From Candidatus Marinacidobacterales bacterium (GTDB lineage: Bacteria; Acidobacteriota; Vicinamibacteria; Marinacidobacterales; DATDRI01), in contig OZ245365.1 of NCBI GenBank assembly GCA_965226495.1, positions 3,392,001-3,456,000 on the forward strand: DNA of 64,000 nt, read 5' to 3'. Position 1 is the stretch's first letter, and the number at the start of each line of letters is the position of its first letter. A program made the translations under genes and the position numbers. This document shows, piece after piece, positions 28,589 through 38,599 of this stretch. The notes beneath the pieces were generated by a model. That model was not told the DNA's origin. It saw only the letters and a program-made list of their open reading frames with translations, and did no database searches.

Positions 28589-29521
28589 CTACCGTGTCTC
28601 CAAGTGACGCCGAAACCACTCGAGCATCGCCTGTCTGGCCTGCTCGGCGGCATCGCCTAGGAAACCGTGTCCCGCTCCAGGGATGAGAACGAACTGTGTT
28701 TCCACCCCATGCGCTCCAAGAGCCTCTGACATGGAGCGCCCTTCGACCGCGGAGACCTTCTCATCTGCGTCTCCAGTCACGATGAGCGTCGGGGCATCAT
28801 CGGAAGAAGCATGGTGCAGTGGCGACAGGGCGTGATAGTCCTCCTTGTCCACGAGCGCATGGTACAGCGGGAGTTGCTCCGGAGGGCGTGCAGCAATGTG
28901 ACGTTCCAGGTCAGACGGAGGGAAGTAGGCCACGACGGCGGCCACGCGGCTCGACATCCGGCCGAGGGACGTGGGGGCGTCCGCATCCCCCTCATCAGCC
29001 GTCGCGCCCAGGAGCAAGCCAAGAATGCCGCCGCCGCTCCCACCCCAGACTCCGAGTCGTTCCGGATCGACGCCGTACTCCAAGGCGTGGAGACGAATGA
29101 ATCGAACGGCTTGCCGGAGATCCGCCAGATGCTCGGGCATCTTGAACTGGGGTGCCGACCCGTGGTGCGCCTCGAAGACGGTGAATCCCTCGGCGAGCAA
29201 CGGAACGAAGCTAAACATGGGCAGCGGCGCCATCACCGTTCGAAGTTCGTCGTCGGTCGCCAATCGCAGGCTGCCGTTCGGTTCCTCCCGAAACTGATCC
29301 CACGCCCACGATGATCGGCCGCCACCGCTCCACAGGAAGATGATCGCCGCCCCGTTCTGGTCGGCTGGTTGATACACGTTCAACGTCAGCGCCAAGCCTG
29401 CCTTATTCCCGTAAACGACATGCGGGGTGATCTCGACCTCTTGGGCGTTCACTCGACCGCTCGAGACCAGGAGACAGCTCGCCAAGACAAGACCTAGTTT
29501 GGTACCCGCGTCGAGTGCCAT
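28589..29521 (-). CDS. Alpha/beta hydrolase (esterase) with kinase-like first codons
   Basis: GVWGGSGGG nucleophile elbow, GDADEKV, GAGHGF; begins MALDAGTKLGL. Confidence 0.85.
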   Translation of the reverse strand: MALDAGTKLGLVLASCLLVSSGRVNAQEVEITPHVVYGNKAGLALTLNVYQPADQNGAAIIFLWSGGGRSSWAWDQFREEPNGSLRLATDDELRTVMAPLPMFSFVPLLAEGFTVFEAHHGSAPQFKMPEHLADLRQAVRFIRLHALEYGVDPERLGVWGGSGGGILGLLLGATADEGDADAPTSLGRMSSRVAAVVAYFPPSDLERHIAARPPEQLPLYHALVDKEDYHALSPLHHASSDDAPTLIVTGDADEKVSAVEGRSMSEALGAHGVETQFVLIPGAGHGFLGDAAEQARQAMLEWFRRHLETR

Positions 29522-29532
29522 TGGGTTCGTTG

Positions 29533-29564
29533 CCCTCACCCTACCCTCTCCCAAAGGGAGAGGG
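29533..29564 (+). repeat. REP-like palindrome
   Basis: CCCTCACCCTACCCTCTCCCAAAGGGAGAGGG, identical to 39646-39677. Confidence 0.85.
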
Positions 29565-29582
29565 AATAACGGTAGGAAGCCA

Positions 29583-32222
29583 TCATTTTGTAGGAGCGAG
29601 TTCTTTCAGCTCCTCGAACCAGTTGAGGACGAGGTTGATTTGGACTGATGCTGACTCCTGCTCGCTCTCTTTAATCATCACGAAACGCCTGCCGTCTGGA
29701 GCCACATCGTAGTGTGCATCGCCATTGCTCGAGGCAAAATACCTTCCTTCAAACAGGATCCGAGGCGTTCCGGGCCGAAACCAGGGCTCGAGCTCGACCG
29801 GAACGACCATCATTCGGGTTGCGTCAGGGCTGCGATAGAAGAGCTCATCGCCTTTTCCGGACCAAGTCGGTGCCCGCCCCCCCTCGGTGGAGATCGGATA
29901 TTTGCGGCCAGGTCCGGGGTAGGGTTGCACGTACACTTCTTGCCGACCCGACTCATTGGAAGTGTAGGCAAGCCAGCGTCCATCAGGGGAAAACATCGGC
30001 CCGTCTTCGGTGAACGAAGTGGCAAGAAACACCGAGGGCTCACCGTCTCTCGGTAGCACCCAGATGTCTCGTCCGGACGCGGAGCCTCTAATGGCGGAGA
30101 AGGTCAGCAACTCACCGTCTGGCGACCAAGAGTCAGGCAGTCCCGCGCCGTGTTCGCTCGTCAACAGGGGTTCCGCTTCACCGCTCCCGTCGGCCGGTAT
30201 CCAATAGAGGCCAGATCCGGTGTCAAACGCAACCCGCGTGCCGTCGGGTGTCCAGACCAAATGGCCTCCTCCGTCCGCGGCCAGTCGGGTGCGTCTGCCC
30301 TCTCCTCCAGCTTCATAGATCCAGACAGTGTTGGGCCCGGTTGATGACGCCATGCTCACGGCCACCTTGGTGCTATCAGGACTAATGCGGACGTCCACGT
30401 AGTGGCCCGCCTCGTCAATCAGCGGCTCCTCCCGCCCTTCACGGTCCACCCACACCAACCTGTTGGTCTGAACAACTCCGGGGACATAGACGAGCGATCC
30501 GTTTTCCGAAAAGGCGTAGTCGCTGGCACCACCGACTACGCGAGGGTTGACGCCTGCGATGACAGGTCTGGTCTCTCCCGTCGGCTCGATTCGGTCGGGA
30601 TCGAACGGGATGGCGAAGAGCGTGGCCTCGCGGGCATAGAGCAAGTGACCCGAGGACGCGTAGCGCGGATAGGTCCCGCCCCGGTGAACCACTTTCCTTT
30701 CGCCCGTCTCGAGGAGAACCGCCTCGATGGTCGCTTCCTCCATCGAATCGACCTCGAAAAGCACCGCCTCCCCGTTCGGTAGAAACCACGGCCAGCGGTG
30801 GCTTTGCTCGCCCTCTCTCAAGGTCGTGTGTTCCACCGGGGTTCCACCGGAAGCGGGCACGCGGTAGAGCCCGGTCCTACTGGTCCCATAAACGATCGTA
30901 TCGTCGGGTCCCCAGGTGCCGCCGCGGACGGCTAGCGCATCGGTAATGGTCAGCGCCGCGCCACCACTGACCGACACCTTCTTCAGGGCACCGGCGGCGA
31001 CAAACGCCAGCCAGCTACCGTCGGGCGAGAAGAAAGGACTGAAGGCGCCTTCGGTACCGGCCAGTGGCGTGGCTTCCAGATTGTCCAGCGACCGGAGGTA
31101 GATTTGAGAATTCCCGCCGGGCCTCTGGCCCACGAAAGCCAGCGTCTTCCCGTCCGGAGAAAGCACCGCCCTCGCGCCATTGTACGCGTGCGGGATCAAA
31201 TGTTCACCGCTGGACCCAAGGTTCATTGAAAGCCGCATCGGGAACGTTTCCGATGGCCACAAGATCCACAGTGTTGCCAACAAGGCAGCGGCAAGAAGGC
31301 CGGCGATGACCCACGATAGCGTGGGAGTTGGAGCCTTAGCCGCCTCCGATCGCACTGCAGCAGCCGGCTCGGCGAGGATGTCCTGAATCTCGACACGGAC
31401 GTCACCGATGGACTGGCGACGGTCTTTGCGATCCTTCCTGAGACATCGGCGCAGGAGGTTCTGGATACGTGGATCGAGTTCAGAAACCTCACTCCAGTCC
31501 GGCTCCATCTTCATGATGCTCGCCAAAACGTCCGAGACATCCTCACCGGCAAACGCCTTCTTTCCCGTCAACATCTCGTATAGCACGATGCCAAAAGAGA
31601 AAATGTCGGTGCGTTTATCAACCGTCTTGCCCTTGGCTTGCTCGGGGCTCATGTAGGCGGCGGTGCCGAGAATGACTCCCGCTCGCGTCGAGTCCCGCGT
31701 GAGTGTGGGGGACGAGGAGGAATCGGCCTCGGGCGTCTCTTCCGCGAACGCCTTGGCGAGCCCGAAGTCGAGGACCTTCACCTTGCCTTCGGAACTGACC
31801 TTGATGTTGGCTGGCTTCAGGTCGCGGTGGATGATTCCTTTTTCGTGAGCGGCTTCCATTGCTTCTGCAATCTGTAGGCAAAGCGGAAGTGCCTCATCGA
31901 CCGCAATCGGGCCGCGGGCAATCCGCTCGGCGAGAGTCTCACCGTCAACAAGCTCCATCGCCAGGTAATCGACGCCTTCCGACCGCTCGAGTCCATACAG
32001 ATGGGCAATGCCCGGGTGGTTCAACTGTGCCAGAACCTTCGCTTCTCGCTCGAAGCGGGCTAGGCGTTCTTCGTTTTCGGCGAAGGCTTCGGGCAGGACT
32101 TTAATGGCGACTTCGCGGCCGAGCTTGGTATCCCTGGCGCGGTAGACCTCTCCCATGCCACCGGCGCCAATAGGATCGAGGATCTCGTAGAGACCTAGCT
32201 TCGTGCCAGCTTCGAGTGCCAT
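29583..32222 (-). CDS. Ser/Thr protein kinase with TM and PD40/TolB-like beta-propeller
   Basis: GAGGMGEVY, VAIK, HRDLKPAN, DFG, YMSPE; repeated SPDG motifs. Confidence 0.95.
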   Translation of the reverse strand: MALEAGTKLGLYEILDPIGAGGMGEVYRARDTKLGREVAIKVLPEAFAENEERLARFEREAKVLAQLNHPGIAHLYGLERSEGVDYLAMELVDGETLAERIARGPIAVDEALPLCLQIAEAMEAAHEKGIIHRDLKPANIKVSSEGKVKVLDFGLAKAFAEETPEADSSSSPTLTRDSTRAGVILGTAAYMSPEQAKGKTVDKRTDIFSFGIVLYEMLTGKKAFAGEDVSDVLASIMKMEPDWSEVSELDPRIQNLLRRCLRKDRKDRRQSIGDVRVEIQDILAEPAAAVRSEAAKAPTPTLSWVIAGLLAAALLATLWILWPSETFPMRLSMNLGSSGEHLIPHAYNGARAVLSPDGKTLAFVGQRPGGNSQIYLRSLDNLEATPLAGTEGAFSPFFSPDGSWLAFVAAGALKKVSVSGGAALTITDALAVRGGTWGPDDTIVYGTSRTGLYRVPASGGTPVEHTTLREGEQSHRWPWFLPNGEAVLFEVDSMEEATIEAVLLETGERKVVHRGGTYPRYASSGHLLYAREATLFAIPFDPDRIEPTGETRPVIAGVNPRVVGGASDYAFSENGSLVYVPGVVQTNRLVWVDREGREEPLIDEAGHYVDVRISPDSTKVAVSMASSTGPNTVWIYEAGGEGRRTRLAADGGGHLVWTPDGTRVAFDTGSGLYWIPADGSGEAEPLLTSEHGAGLPDSWSPDGELLTFSAIRGSASGRDIWVLPRDGEPSVFLATSFTEDGPMFSPDGRWLAYTSNESGRQEVYVQPYPGPGRKYPISTEGGRAPTWSGKGDELFYRSPDATRMMVVPVELEPWFRPGTPRILFEGRYFASSNGDAHYDVAPDGRRFVMIKESEQESASVQINLVLNWFEELKELAPTK

Positions 32223-32225
32223 CGG

Positions 32226-34922
32226 TTAGTTAGTGGGAACGAGCTCTTTGAGTTCTTCGAACCAGTTGAGAACGATGCGGAGCTCACGCGGTGGTGTCCC
32301 GCCGCCGCGAGTGACCATCACGAACCGTTCTCCGTCCGGGGTTACGTCGTAGTTCGCAAACGCATTGGTTGGTTCGAAAGCGAACGGGCCTTCGAAGAGC
32401 AGTTGCGGGGCTGCCGCCCGGAGCTCGGAGTCACTCGTGTCCACGGGGACGACCATCATGGCGTCGCCCCTTCGAAAAAAGATCTCTTGACCATCTTTGG
32501 ACCACCGAGGCTCGACGCCACCTCCAGACGAGATCTTCGAGCGACCGCCACCCTCCGGAAAGGACTGGGCGTATATCTCGAACTGTCCGGACTCGTCAGA
32601 AATGTAGACGAGCCATCGCCCATCGGGTGAGGTAACCGGTGATTTCTCGTAAAACGACGTCTCGAGTAGCGGAAACGCTCCCTCGGGATTGGCGAGGGGA
32701 AGAACCCAGACATCCTCGCCGTTGGGGCCCGCGGTTGTAAACAGTATCGAACGTCCGTCTGAAGACCACGACCTCGGTGAGTAGGCTCCATCCAAAAGGA
32801 GCTTGGGTTCATCCTGGCCGTCCGCCCTTCGTGTGTAAATCCCGCGTCGTCGGTCTGTAAAGTCTGCAAAGGCCACACGGGTGCCGTCAGGGGACCAGAC
32901 CGGGGTTACTTCGCTCCCATTCAGCGTCAATCGAGTTCTGGTGTTTCGTGCCAGGTCGTAGATCCAGACATTCGAAGCCACTTCTTCGAAAATGCTTACG
33001 GCCAGGTGGTCGCCATCCGGCGAAAGGCTCGGATGGGTGTGGGGGGCTTCGACGTCGTTGAGTGGCTCGGTCCTCCCCTCGCGGTCCACCCAAACGAGCT
33101 GATCGGCACCAACTCGGGAGGCCGCGCTCGGAGCGTAGATGAGGGTGCCGTTCCCGGATACGTCGAGGTGGCTGAAGGTACTGCCACGCACCGTTGCGGC
33201 AAAAAAGTCGTTTAGAACCGGGACGGGTGAGCCCGAGGGTTTCCGCTCCTCGAGACCGAAGGGCACCGCCCAGAGACTGTCATTCTGGTTGTAGAGCAAG
33301 TGGCCGGTGGGGAGGTACCGGGGCTCCGTTGCCGAGCCCAGTTCGTCGAGCGCGTGCCACTCACCCGTATCCACCGAAGCCGCGCCGATGCGAAGCCCCT
33401 CGGTGGTTATGACGCTGAAGAGCACCGTCTTACCGTCTGGAAGAATCACTGGGGAAGAATGCCCTGTCACGGCTCGGAGGCCCGCCTGGATTGGACCGCC
33501 CTCGACGCGGGTGATCCGCGTTGGCGTTCCCCCTCTCGACGAAGTCCGATACAGTCCGTCGTAGCCACCGAAGACAATCGTGTCATCGGCTCCCCAGCTC
33601 GCGCCTCCCCCGGCCCGGGGATTGGAGCCGATCTCGGCGACCGTCGTAGGACTTCCACCGGCTACCGAAGCCTTTCTTAGGGCGCCCTTGGCGAAAAACC
33701 CCAGCCACTGACTGTCATGCGAGAAGAAAGGTGAAAAGGCACCGTCACTATCCGGAACGGCCACGGCCTCGAACTCCTCTAGGCCACGAAGGTAGAGGCG
33801 ACTCTCCATACCGTCTCGGGCCGCGTAGGCGATGTGGCTTCCGTCTGGAGAGATAGCGACCGATGAAAAGCGTGCGGTCTCTAGCTCCTGACCTTCTGGA
33901 AGAGGATGGACGAACCGCGTTGCCCGCGGCGATTCGGACGAGACGGACGGTCGAAGAAACGACATGGTCACCGCGCCGAGAAGAGCGCACGCCAACGCCA
34001 AGCCGACAAACGCCAGATGCGAGTTTCGGCTGCTCTTTCCAGGTGATGCGCTAACTTCGAACCGATTCTCCCCAGACCATCGCAGCGGGCTCACCATGTC
34101 GCCTATCGACTGCCAGCGTTGCAGCGGGTCCTTTTCCAGGCATTTCCGGACGACACGCTCCATCAGGCGTGGCGTCATCGGCTGAAGGTCGGTAAGAGGC
34201 GCCGGGTCGTCCTTCAAGATCGCTCCAATCAGACTCGCCTGGCTCTTGCCTTCGAACGCTCTTTTCCCCGTCAGCATCTCGTACAGGACGGCGCCGAAGG
34301 CAAAGATGTCCGTTCGGGCATCGGCTTCCTTGCCTTCCAGTTGCTCGGGGGCCATGTACTGGAATGTGCCGAGAAGCGAACCTTCTTTCGTTAGCGGCTG
34401 CGCTTCAGTGGGCAATGCCGATAGACCACCGGCATTCGTTTCGGCCGACGACATCTTCGCAAGCCCGAAGTCCAGGAGCTTCGCGCCGGACTTCGTGAGC
34501 ATGATGTTCCCGGGTTTCAGATCCCGATGTACGACGCCTTGGCGATGCGCTTTATCCAAAGCGTCGGCGATCTCGATGCCGTGCTGCAATGCCTGGTCGA
34601 GGGGAAGTGCACCTTTTTTCAAACGATCGGCGAGCGTGTCTCCTTCGATATGCTCCATGACCATGAAGTCGATGCCATTCTCGCTACCGATGTCGTGAAG
34701 CGTGCAGATGTGTGGATGGTTCAGGCTCGAGACGGCGCGGGCCTCTCGCTCGAACCTCTGGCGGACTTCGGGATGGCTGGCTACGTGAGACGGAAGGACC
34801 TTGATGGCAACGGTGCGGTCGAGCCGCGTGTCCTTGGCTTTGTAAACCTCACCCATGCCACCTGCACCCAGAGGTGCCAGGATTTCATAGGGACCCAGCT
34901 TTGCGCCGGGAGTTAATGACAT
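32226..34922 (-). CDS. Ser/Thr protein kinase with TM and PD40/TolB-like beta-propeller (tandem paralog)
   Basis: GAGGMGEVY, HRDLKPGN, DFG, YMAPE; same C-terminal VLNWFEELKEL. Confidence 0.95.
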   Translation of the reverse strand: MSLTPGAKLGPYEILAPLGAGGMGEVYKAKDTRLDRTVAIKVLPSHVASHPEVRQRFEREARAVSSLNHPHICTLHDIGSENGIDFMVMEHIEGDTLADRLKKGALPLDQALQHGIEIADALDKAHRQGVVHRDLKPGNIMLTKSGAKLLDFGLAKMSSAETNAGGLSALPTEAQPLTKEGSLLGTFQYMAPEQLEGKEADARTDIFAFGAVLYEMLTGKRAFEGKSQASLIGAILKDDPAPLTDLQPMTPRLMERVVRKCLEKDPLQRWQSIGDMVSPLRWSGENRFEVSASPGKSSRNSHLAFVGLALACALLGAVTMSFLRPSVSSESPRATRFVHPLPEGQELETARFSSVAISPDGSHIAYAARDGMESRLYLRGLEEFEAVAVPDSDGAFSPFFSHDSQWLGFFAKGALRKASVAGGSPTTVAEIGSNPRAGGGASWGADDTIVFGGYDGLYRTSSRGGTPTRITRVEGGPIQAGLRAVTGHSSPVILPDGKTVLFSVITTEGLRIGAASVDTGEWHALDELGSATEPRYLPTGHLLYNQNDSLWAVPFGLEERKPSGSPVPVLNDFFAATVRGSTFSHLDVSGNGTLIYAPSAASRVGADQLVWVDREGRTEPLNDVEAPHTHPSLSPDGDHLAVSIFEEVASNVWIYDLARNTRTRLTLNGSEVTPVWSPDGTRVAFADFTDRRRGIYTRRADGQDEPKLLLDGAYSPRSWSSDGRSILFTTAGPNGEDVWVLPLANPEGAFPLLETSFYEKSPVTSPDGRWLVYISDESGQFEIYAQSFPEGGGRSKISSGGGVEPRWSKDGQEIFFRRGDAMMVVPVDTSDSELRAAAPQLLFEGPFAFEPTNAFANYDVTPDGERFVMVTRGGGTPPRELRIVLNWFEELKELVPTN

Positions 34923-36009
34923 CGCTAGCCCTTTGAGCGTGAAAATAGCCCTGCACAGGCTGAAAAGTCAATGAGTAGACAGGCCCCGGCTCGCGGGTGA
35001 GACTGCCCGAGCCTCGGAATCGTTCCATCACCTCTTTCCCGTAGTCGCACTCGGCGAGATACCGGTTGTGCGTGGGACACATCATCTGAATGTTATCGGG
35101 GCTGTGGTCTCCGCCGCGGGCATAGGGATCCTGGTGATGGAATTGGAGTGCCTGCCGCTCGTTGCAGCGCCTACCTTGTGCGTCTACGAAGGTGCACTGA
35201 TTTCCGTCACGCTCGCTAACTGCACGCCTCACCGGGGCCGGGATATAACGTGACGACGGTGACGGATCGGTCTCTTCGACGCTCTTCCTGGGTGCTTTCG
35301 TCTTGCCAAGGCGCTTCGCCTCGAGCCGCTTCAGCTTTTCGGTCACGGCTTCTTCTATGATCGCCGCCAGGTCGCCGTCGGGGACCGAGGAGGACATGAG
35401 GCCACGCAGACGCTCGATCTTGTCTTTCAGCTCGGCGCTCGCCGTGAATTGGACCTTGTAGCGGGCAGGCCCAAGGGGCTCCACAGGCCTAGGCGCCTGG
35501 GGCTTCGGGGCGAGAGCTCGGTCCGGACCGAGTTGCTTGGCGGGCTTTGCTTTCGCCTCCGTCGGACGCTCGGGTAGCTTTCGCATCAGGGCGGGAACAT
35601 CCGGCTTGGGGGTGATTTCGACCACCAACTCCTCGATCTCCCTTTTCGACTTGTGCGCCGCGCAACCTAGCAGCACCACTCGATTAGCCTCGGTGAGGTG
35701 CGGCGCTAGCTTCGCAATACCGCTCAGGTGAAGCCGCCCGTCGCCCAGCATCGTCAGCAATACAGGATGCTTCCCCGACGCCCGCGCTACCGCTATGCGC
35801 AGATAGGCTTCGTGTTCGGACATATGTAGAACGTCGGTGCAATAGGTAAACATCGAGGAAAAAGCTGCACGTGCGTAGAGGCGCCGCTCGTCTACCTCGG
35901 CATTGTGTGCGACCAACTCGGACTCGACGCGTCGTGACTCTTGCACCAGCCCCGACAAGCGGCGAAGTAGCTCATCATCAGAAATTGATTTCAATAACTT
36001 GCTAGACAT
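34885..36009 (-). CDS. DUF222-like/HNH endonuclease, copy 1
   Basis: RDGNQC...RC...FHH...GG...N...CPTHN; GGGGA RBS before ATG at 36009; overlaps the kinase start by 38 nt. Confidence 0.88.
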   Translation of the reverse strand: MSSKLLKSISDDELLRRLSGLVQESRRVESELVAHNAEVDERRLYARAAFSSMFTYCTDVLHMSEHEAYLRIAVARASGKHPVLLTMLGDGRLHLSGIAKLAPHLTEANRVVLLGCAAHKSKREIEELVVEITPKPDVPALMRKLPERPTEAKAKPAKQLGPDRALAPKPQAPRPVEPLGPARYKVQFTASAELKDKIERLRGLMSSSVPDGDLAAIIEEAVTEKLKRLEAKRLGKTKAPRKSVEETDPSPSSRYIPAPVRRAVSERDGNQCTFVDAQGRRCNERQALQFHHQDPYARGGDHSPDNIQMMCPTHNRYLAECDYGKEVMERFRGSGSLTREPGPVYSLTFQPVQGYFHAQRASDVINSRRKAGSL

Positions 36010-36238
36010 TGTGTTCGTCCCCTTCAAGACTAATATAACAACGCACTTTTTTTGGTCTTGAGACGACGCGAGTCGGGAGGAACGTGCTTCGATGAAGTTT
36101 TTGTTTCGAAGCTTGCAGGCGTTGACTAGAGCGTCAGCGTAGGCTTGAGAGATGGCACTGCGAAGGAATTACCAAGTGTAACGAGACTTGTTGTGGAATC
36201 TTGTCAAGGTAGAAATTCAATTTTATTTTTTGGCAAGA
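34973..36238 (-). mobile_element. Repeated HNH element, copy 1 (gene plus conserved non-coding region)
   Basis: Collinear homology with 53494-54746; flanks unrelated; no TIR seen. Confidence 0.7.
36024..36238 (+). ncRNA. Candidate structured RNA associated with the HNH gene, copy 1
   Basis: 130/143 identity to copy 2 without indels; hairpins 36064-36075, 36086-36112, 36119-36140; U-rich 3' end; strand inferred. Confidence 0.55.
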
Positions 36239-36549
36239 GCAAGCGACTCTGGGTACTGTCTTATAAAGAACGCCCCAAATTTTCATAAGGACCTTCTTTC
36301 CGGATTCTCTTCAGTTGGAAGGGAGAGCTTCCTAGCAACAATTTTACCAGGAAAGGAACGGGTCTTGTCATATCGAAGGCCGGTCTTGGCGAGGAGGAAA
36401 GTGCAGGGACTAGGCGGCTGCTGGTACGTCTGGGCCGATTGAAATCGAATAGGAGGACGTTTGACTAGGGGGCAAGCCTATCGTCCTGAGGCAGCTGGTT
36501 GTCGGGATTCTCCGCGAAGATTCATGCAGTCTGCTTTGTTGTAACTGTC

Positions 36550-36625
36550 TGGTGCCGAGGGACGGAATCGAACCGCCGACGCAAGGATTTTCAGTCCTTC
36601 GCTCTACCGACTGAGCTACCTCGGC
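36550..36625 (-). tRNA. tRNA-Phe(GAA)
   Basis: GCCGAGG...CTGAAAA...GGTTCGATTCC...CCTCGGCACCA, 76 nt with encoded CCA. Confidence 0.98.
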
Positions 36626-36714
36626 ACGCGGGAAGCGTCACATTTTAGCGGAGGGGGTCAAAAAGTCAAGGCGAACGCACGCCCCGGTCAGTATCCTGCC
36701 TCGTCCGGACGAGA

Positions 36715-37818
36715 TCAGTGAGCGGTGGGCTGTCGTGCCGGTTCCTTCGCCTTTTCGCCCGATTTACCCTTGCCGTCGCTCGCATCATTCTCGGCGGGCT
36801 CGGCGGGCTTCGCCGGCTCCGCGCCAGGAATCAGCCCTAGCTCTTCGCGGAGCTTGGTCTCAATCTTGGCGGTGACATCCGTGTTCTGAATAAGGAACTG
36901 ACGGACGTTTTCTCTCCCCTGCCCGATGCGCTCGCTTTTGTAGGAATACCACGCACCGCTCTTGTCGACGATGTTCCGGGCGACGGCGAGGTCGAGGAGA
37001 TCTCCTTCTCTGGAAATTCCTTTACCGTACAGGATGTCGAACTCCGCGTTTTGGAACGGAGCTGCCACCTTGTTCTTGACGACTTTGACCCGTGTGCGAT
37101 TACCAACGATCGCGTCCCCATCTTTGAGAGCAGAGATGCGACGGATATCGAGTCGCACGGAAGAGTAGAACTTTAGAGCCCGGCCGCCGGTGGTCGTCTC
37201 CGGATTTCCGAACATGACACCGATCTTCTCGCGGATCTGATTGATGAAGATGAGACACGTGTGAGACTTCGAAACGATAGCGGTGAGCTTGCGCATGGCT
37301 TGCGACATCAAACGCGCCTGGAGGCCCATTTGAGCATCACCCATTTCTCCGTCGAGCTCGGCGCGCGGCACCAAGGCAGCGACCGAGTCGATCACCAAAA
37401 CATCCACCGCGCCGCTGCGGATGAGGACTTCGGTGATCTCCAAAGCTTGTTCGCCGCTGTCGGGCTGACTGACCAACAGATTGTCCGTGTCGACGCCGAG
37501 AGCCTTGGCGTAGGCGGCGTCCAAGGCGTGCTCGGCATCGACGAAGGCCGCCATACCACCCGCCTTCTGAGCGTTCGCGATGGCGTGCAGGGCGAGCGTG
37601 GTCTTACCCGAGGCCTCCGGTCCAAAAATCTCGATCACCCTACCCCTCGGTAGACCGCCGACTCCTAGCGCGTTATCGAGCGAGATCGAGCCTGTCGAAA
37701 TGGCAGGGATGTCCAACACCTCACGCGATCCGAGGCGTATGATCGCCCCCTTGCCGAACTGCTTTTCGATCTGGCTGACCGCTATGTCGATGGCCTTCTC
37801 CCGTCCGTTCTCAGCCAT
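36715..37818 (-). CDS. recA: Recombinase RecA
   Basis: [43 protein letters not shown]. Confidence 0.99.
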   Translation of the reverse strand: MAENGREKAIDIAVSQIEKQFGKGAIIRLGSREVLDIPAISTGSISLDNALGVGGLPRGRVIEIFGPEASGKTTLALHAIANAQKAGGMAAFVDAEHALDAAYAKALGVDTDNLLVSQPDSGEQALEITEVLIRSGAVDVLVIDSVAALVPRAELDGEMGDAQMGLQARLMSQAMRKLTAIVSKSHTCLIFINQIREKIGVMFGNPETTTGGRALKFYSSVRLDIRRISALKDGDAIVGNRTRVKVVKNKVAAPFQNAEFDILYGKGISREGDLLDLAVARNIVDKSGAWYSYKSERIGQGRENVRQFLIQNTDVTAKIETKLREELGLIPGAEPAKPAEPAENDASDGKGKSGEKAKEPARQPTAH

Positions 37819-38071
37819 GGGGCTCCTTTCAGGAAGCTATCCTAGTAGCTCCTGTTAATCAATTCCGGCCAAATCCACTAATCACCTGGCCGTGGGTCTC
37901 CGATTTGAGGCTCGCGCCAGTCTAGGGCTCTGGCCTCTTCATAGTCAAGACGAAATCCGGGATGAAAAGACTCCCTCGGAAAGGCCACAATACCACATCT
38001 CGGGCCGCATGTTCAATTCACTACCCGATATGGGGGTTCACCAACTGCCACCCACTTGGTACCCTGGAAAC

Positions 38072-38599
38072 GTGCCTACTCCAGTTGGTCATTCCTTAGG
38101 TGGGCTGGCAGTTTACCTGGCGGCGAGGTGGCCTCAGAAGGACTGGTTCCTCCTCGGCGCGGTCGTGGTCGCAGCGCTATTCCCCGATCTCGATTTCGCC
38201 ATCCAGCCCTTCACCGGCCGAAGCTACCACCGTTACTTCTCTCACAGCCTGGGTTTCGCGGTGCTCTTTTCCGTAGCCGCTTACTTGCTCATGAAGACGG
38301 TCGGTAGGAAGTCGCCAGGACGCGACGCCGTGCTCATGGGAGTGGGATACGTTTCCCACATCGCCCTCGACCTTTTCTCGAACGACAGTCATCCGCCGTT
38401 CGGCGTCCAGCTCTTTTGGCCCCTTTCGGATGGGTTCGTCATTTCGCCGGTCCAAATTTTCCATGAGGTCTGGAGAGGGAACCTGGCCATTCTCTTCGGC
38501 CCGCACAATTGGATAACGGCGGGAATAGAATTCCTGGTCGTGCTCCCGCTAGCAGTTTTCTTGGGGTGGCTTCGCGGACGTCGACCTCAATCCGAGTAG
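38072..38599 (+). CDS. Membrane metal-dependent hydrolase (YdjM/DUF457-like)
   Basis: [29 protein letters not shown]. Confidence 0.85.
   Translation: MPTPVGHSLGGLAVYLAARWPQKDWFLLGAVVVAALFPDLDFAIQPFTGRSYHRYFSHSLGFAVLFSVAAYLLMKTVGRKSPGRDAVLMGVGYVSHIALDLFSNDSHPPFGVQLFWPLSDGFVISPVQIFHEVWRGNLAILFGPHNWITAGIEFLVVLPLAVFLGWLRGRRPQSE

Noticed and set aside
36391-36410. GAGGAAAGT as the RNase P RNA core
   Set aside because: Lacks GAGGAAAGTCC and the 3' ACAGAA...GCTTA consensus
36188-36442. ORF MLWNLVKVEIQF..., with a look-alike MLWNSVKRKIQF at 54696
   Set aside because: The similarity only reflects the conserved element end; TTG start, no RBS, unrelated beyond ~15 codons
36240-36550. Prophage or integrative element at tRNA-Phe
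   Set aside because: No integrase or phage genes and no duplicated tRNA 3' end found
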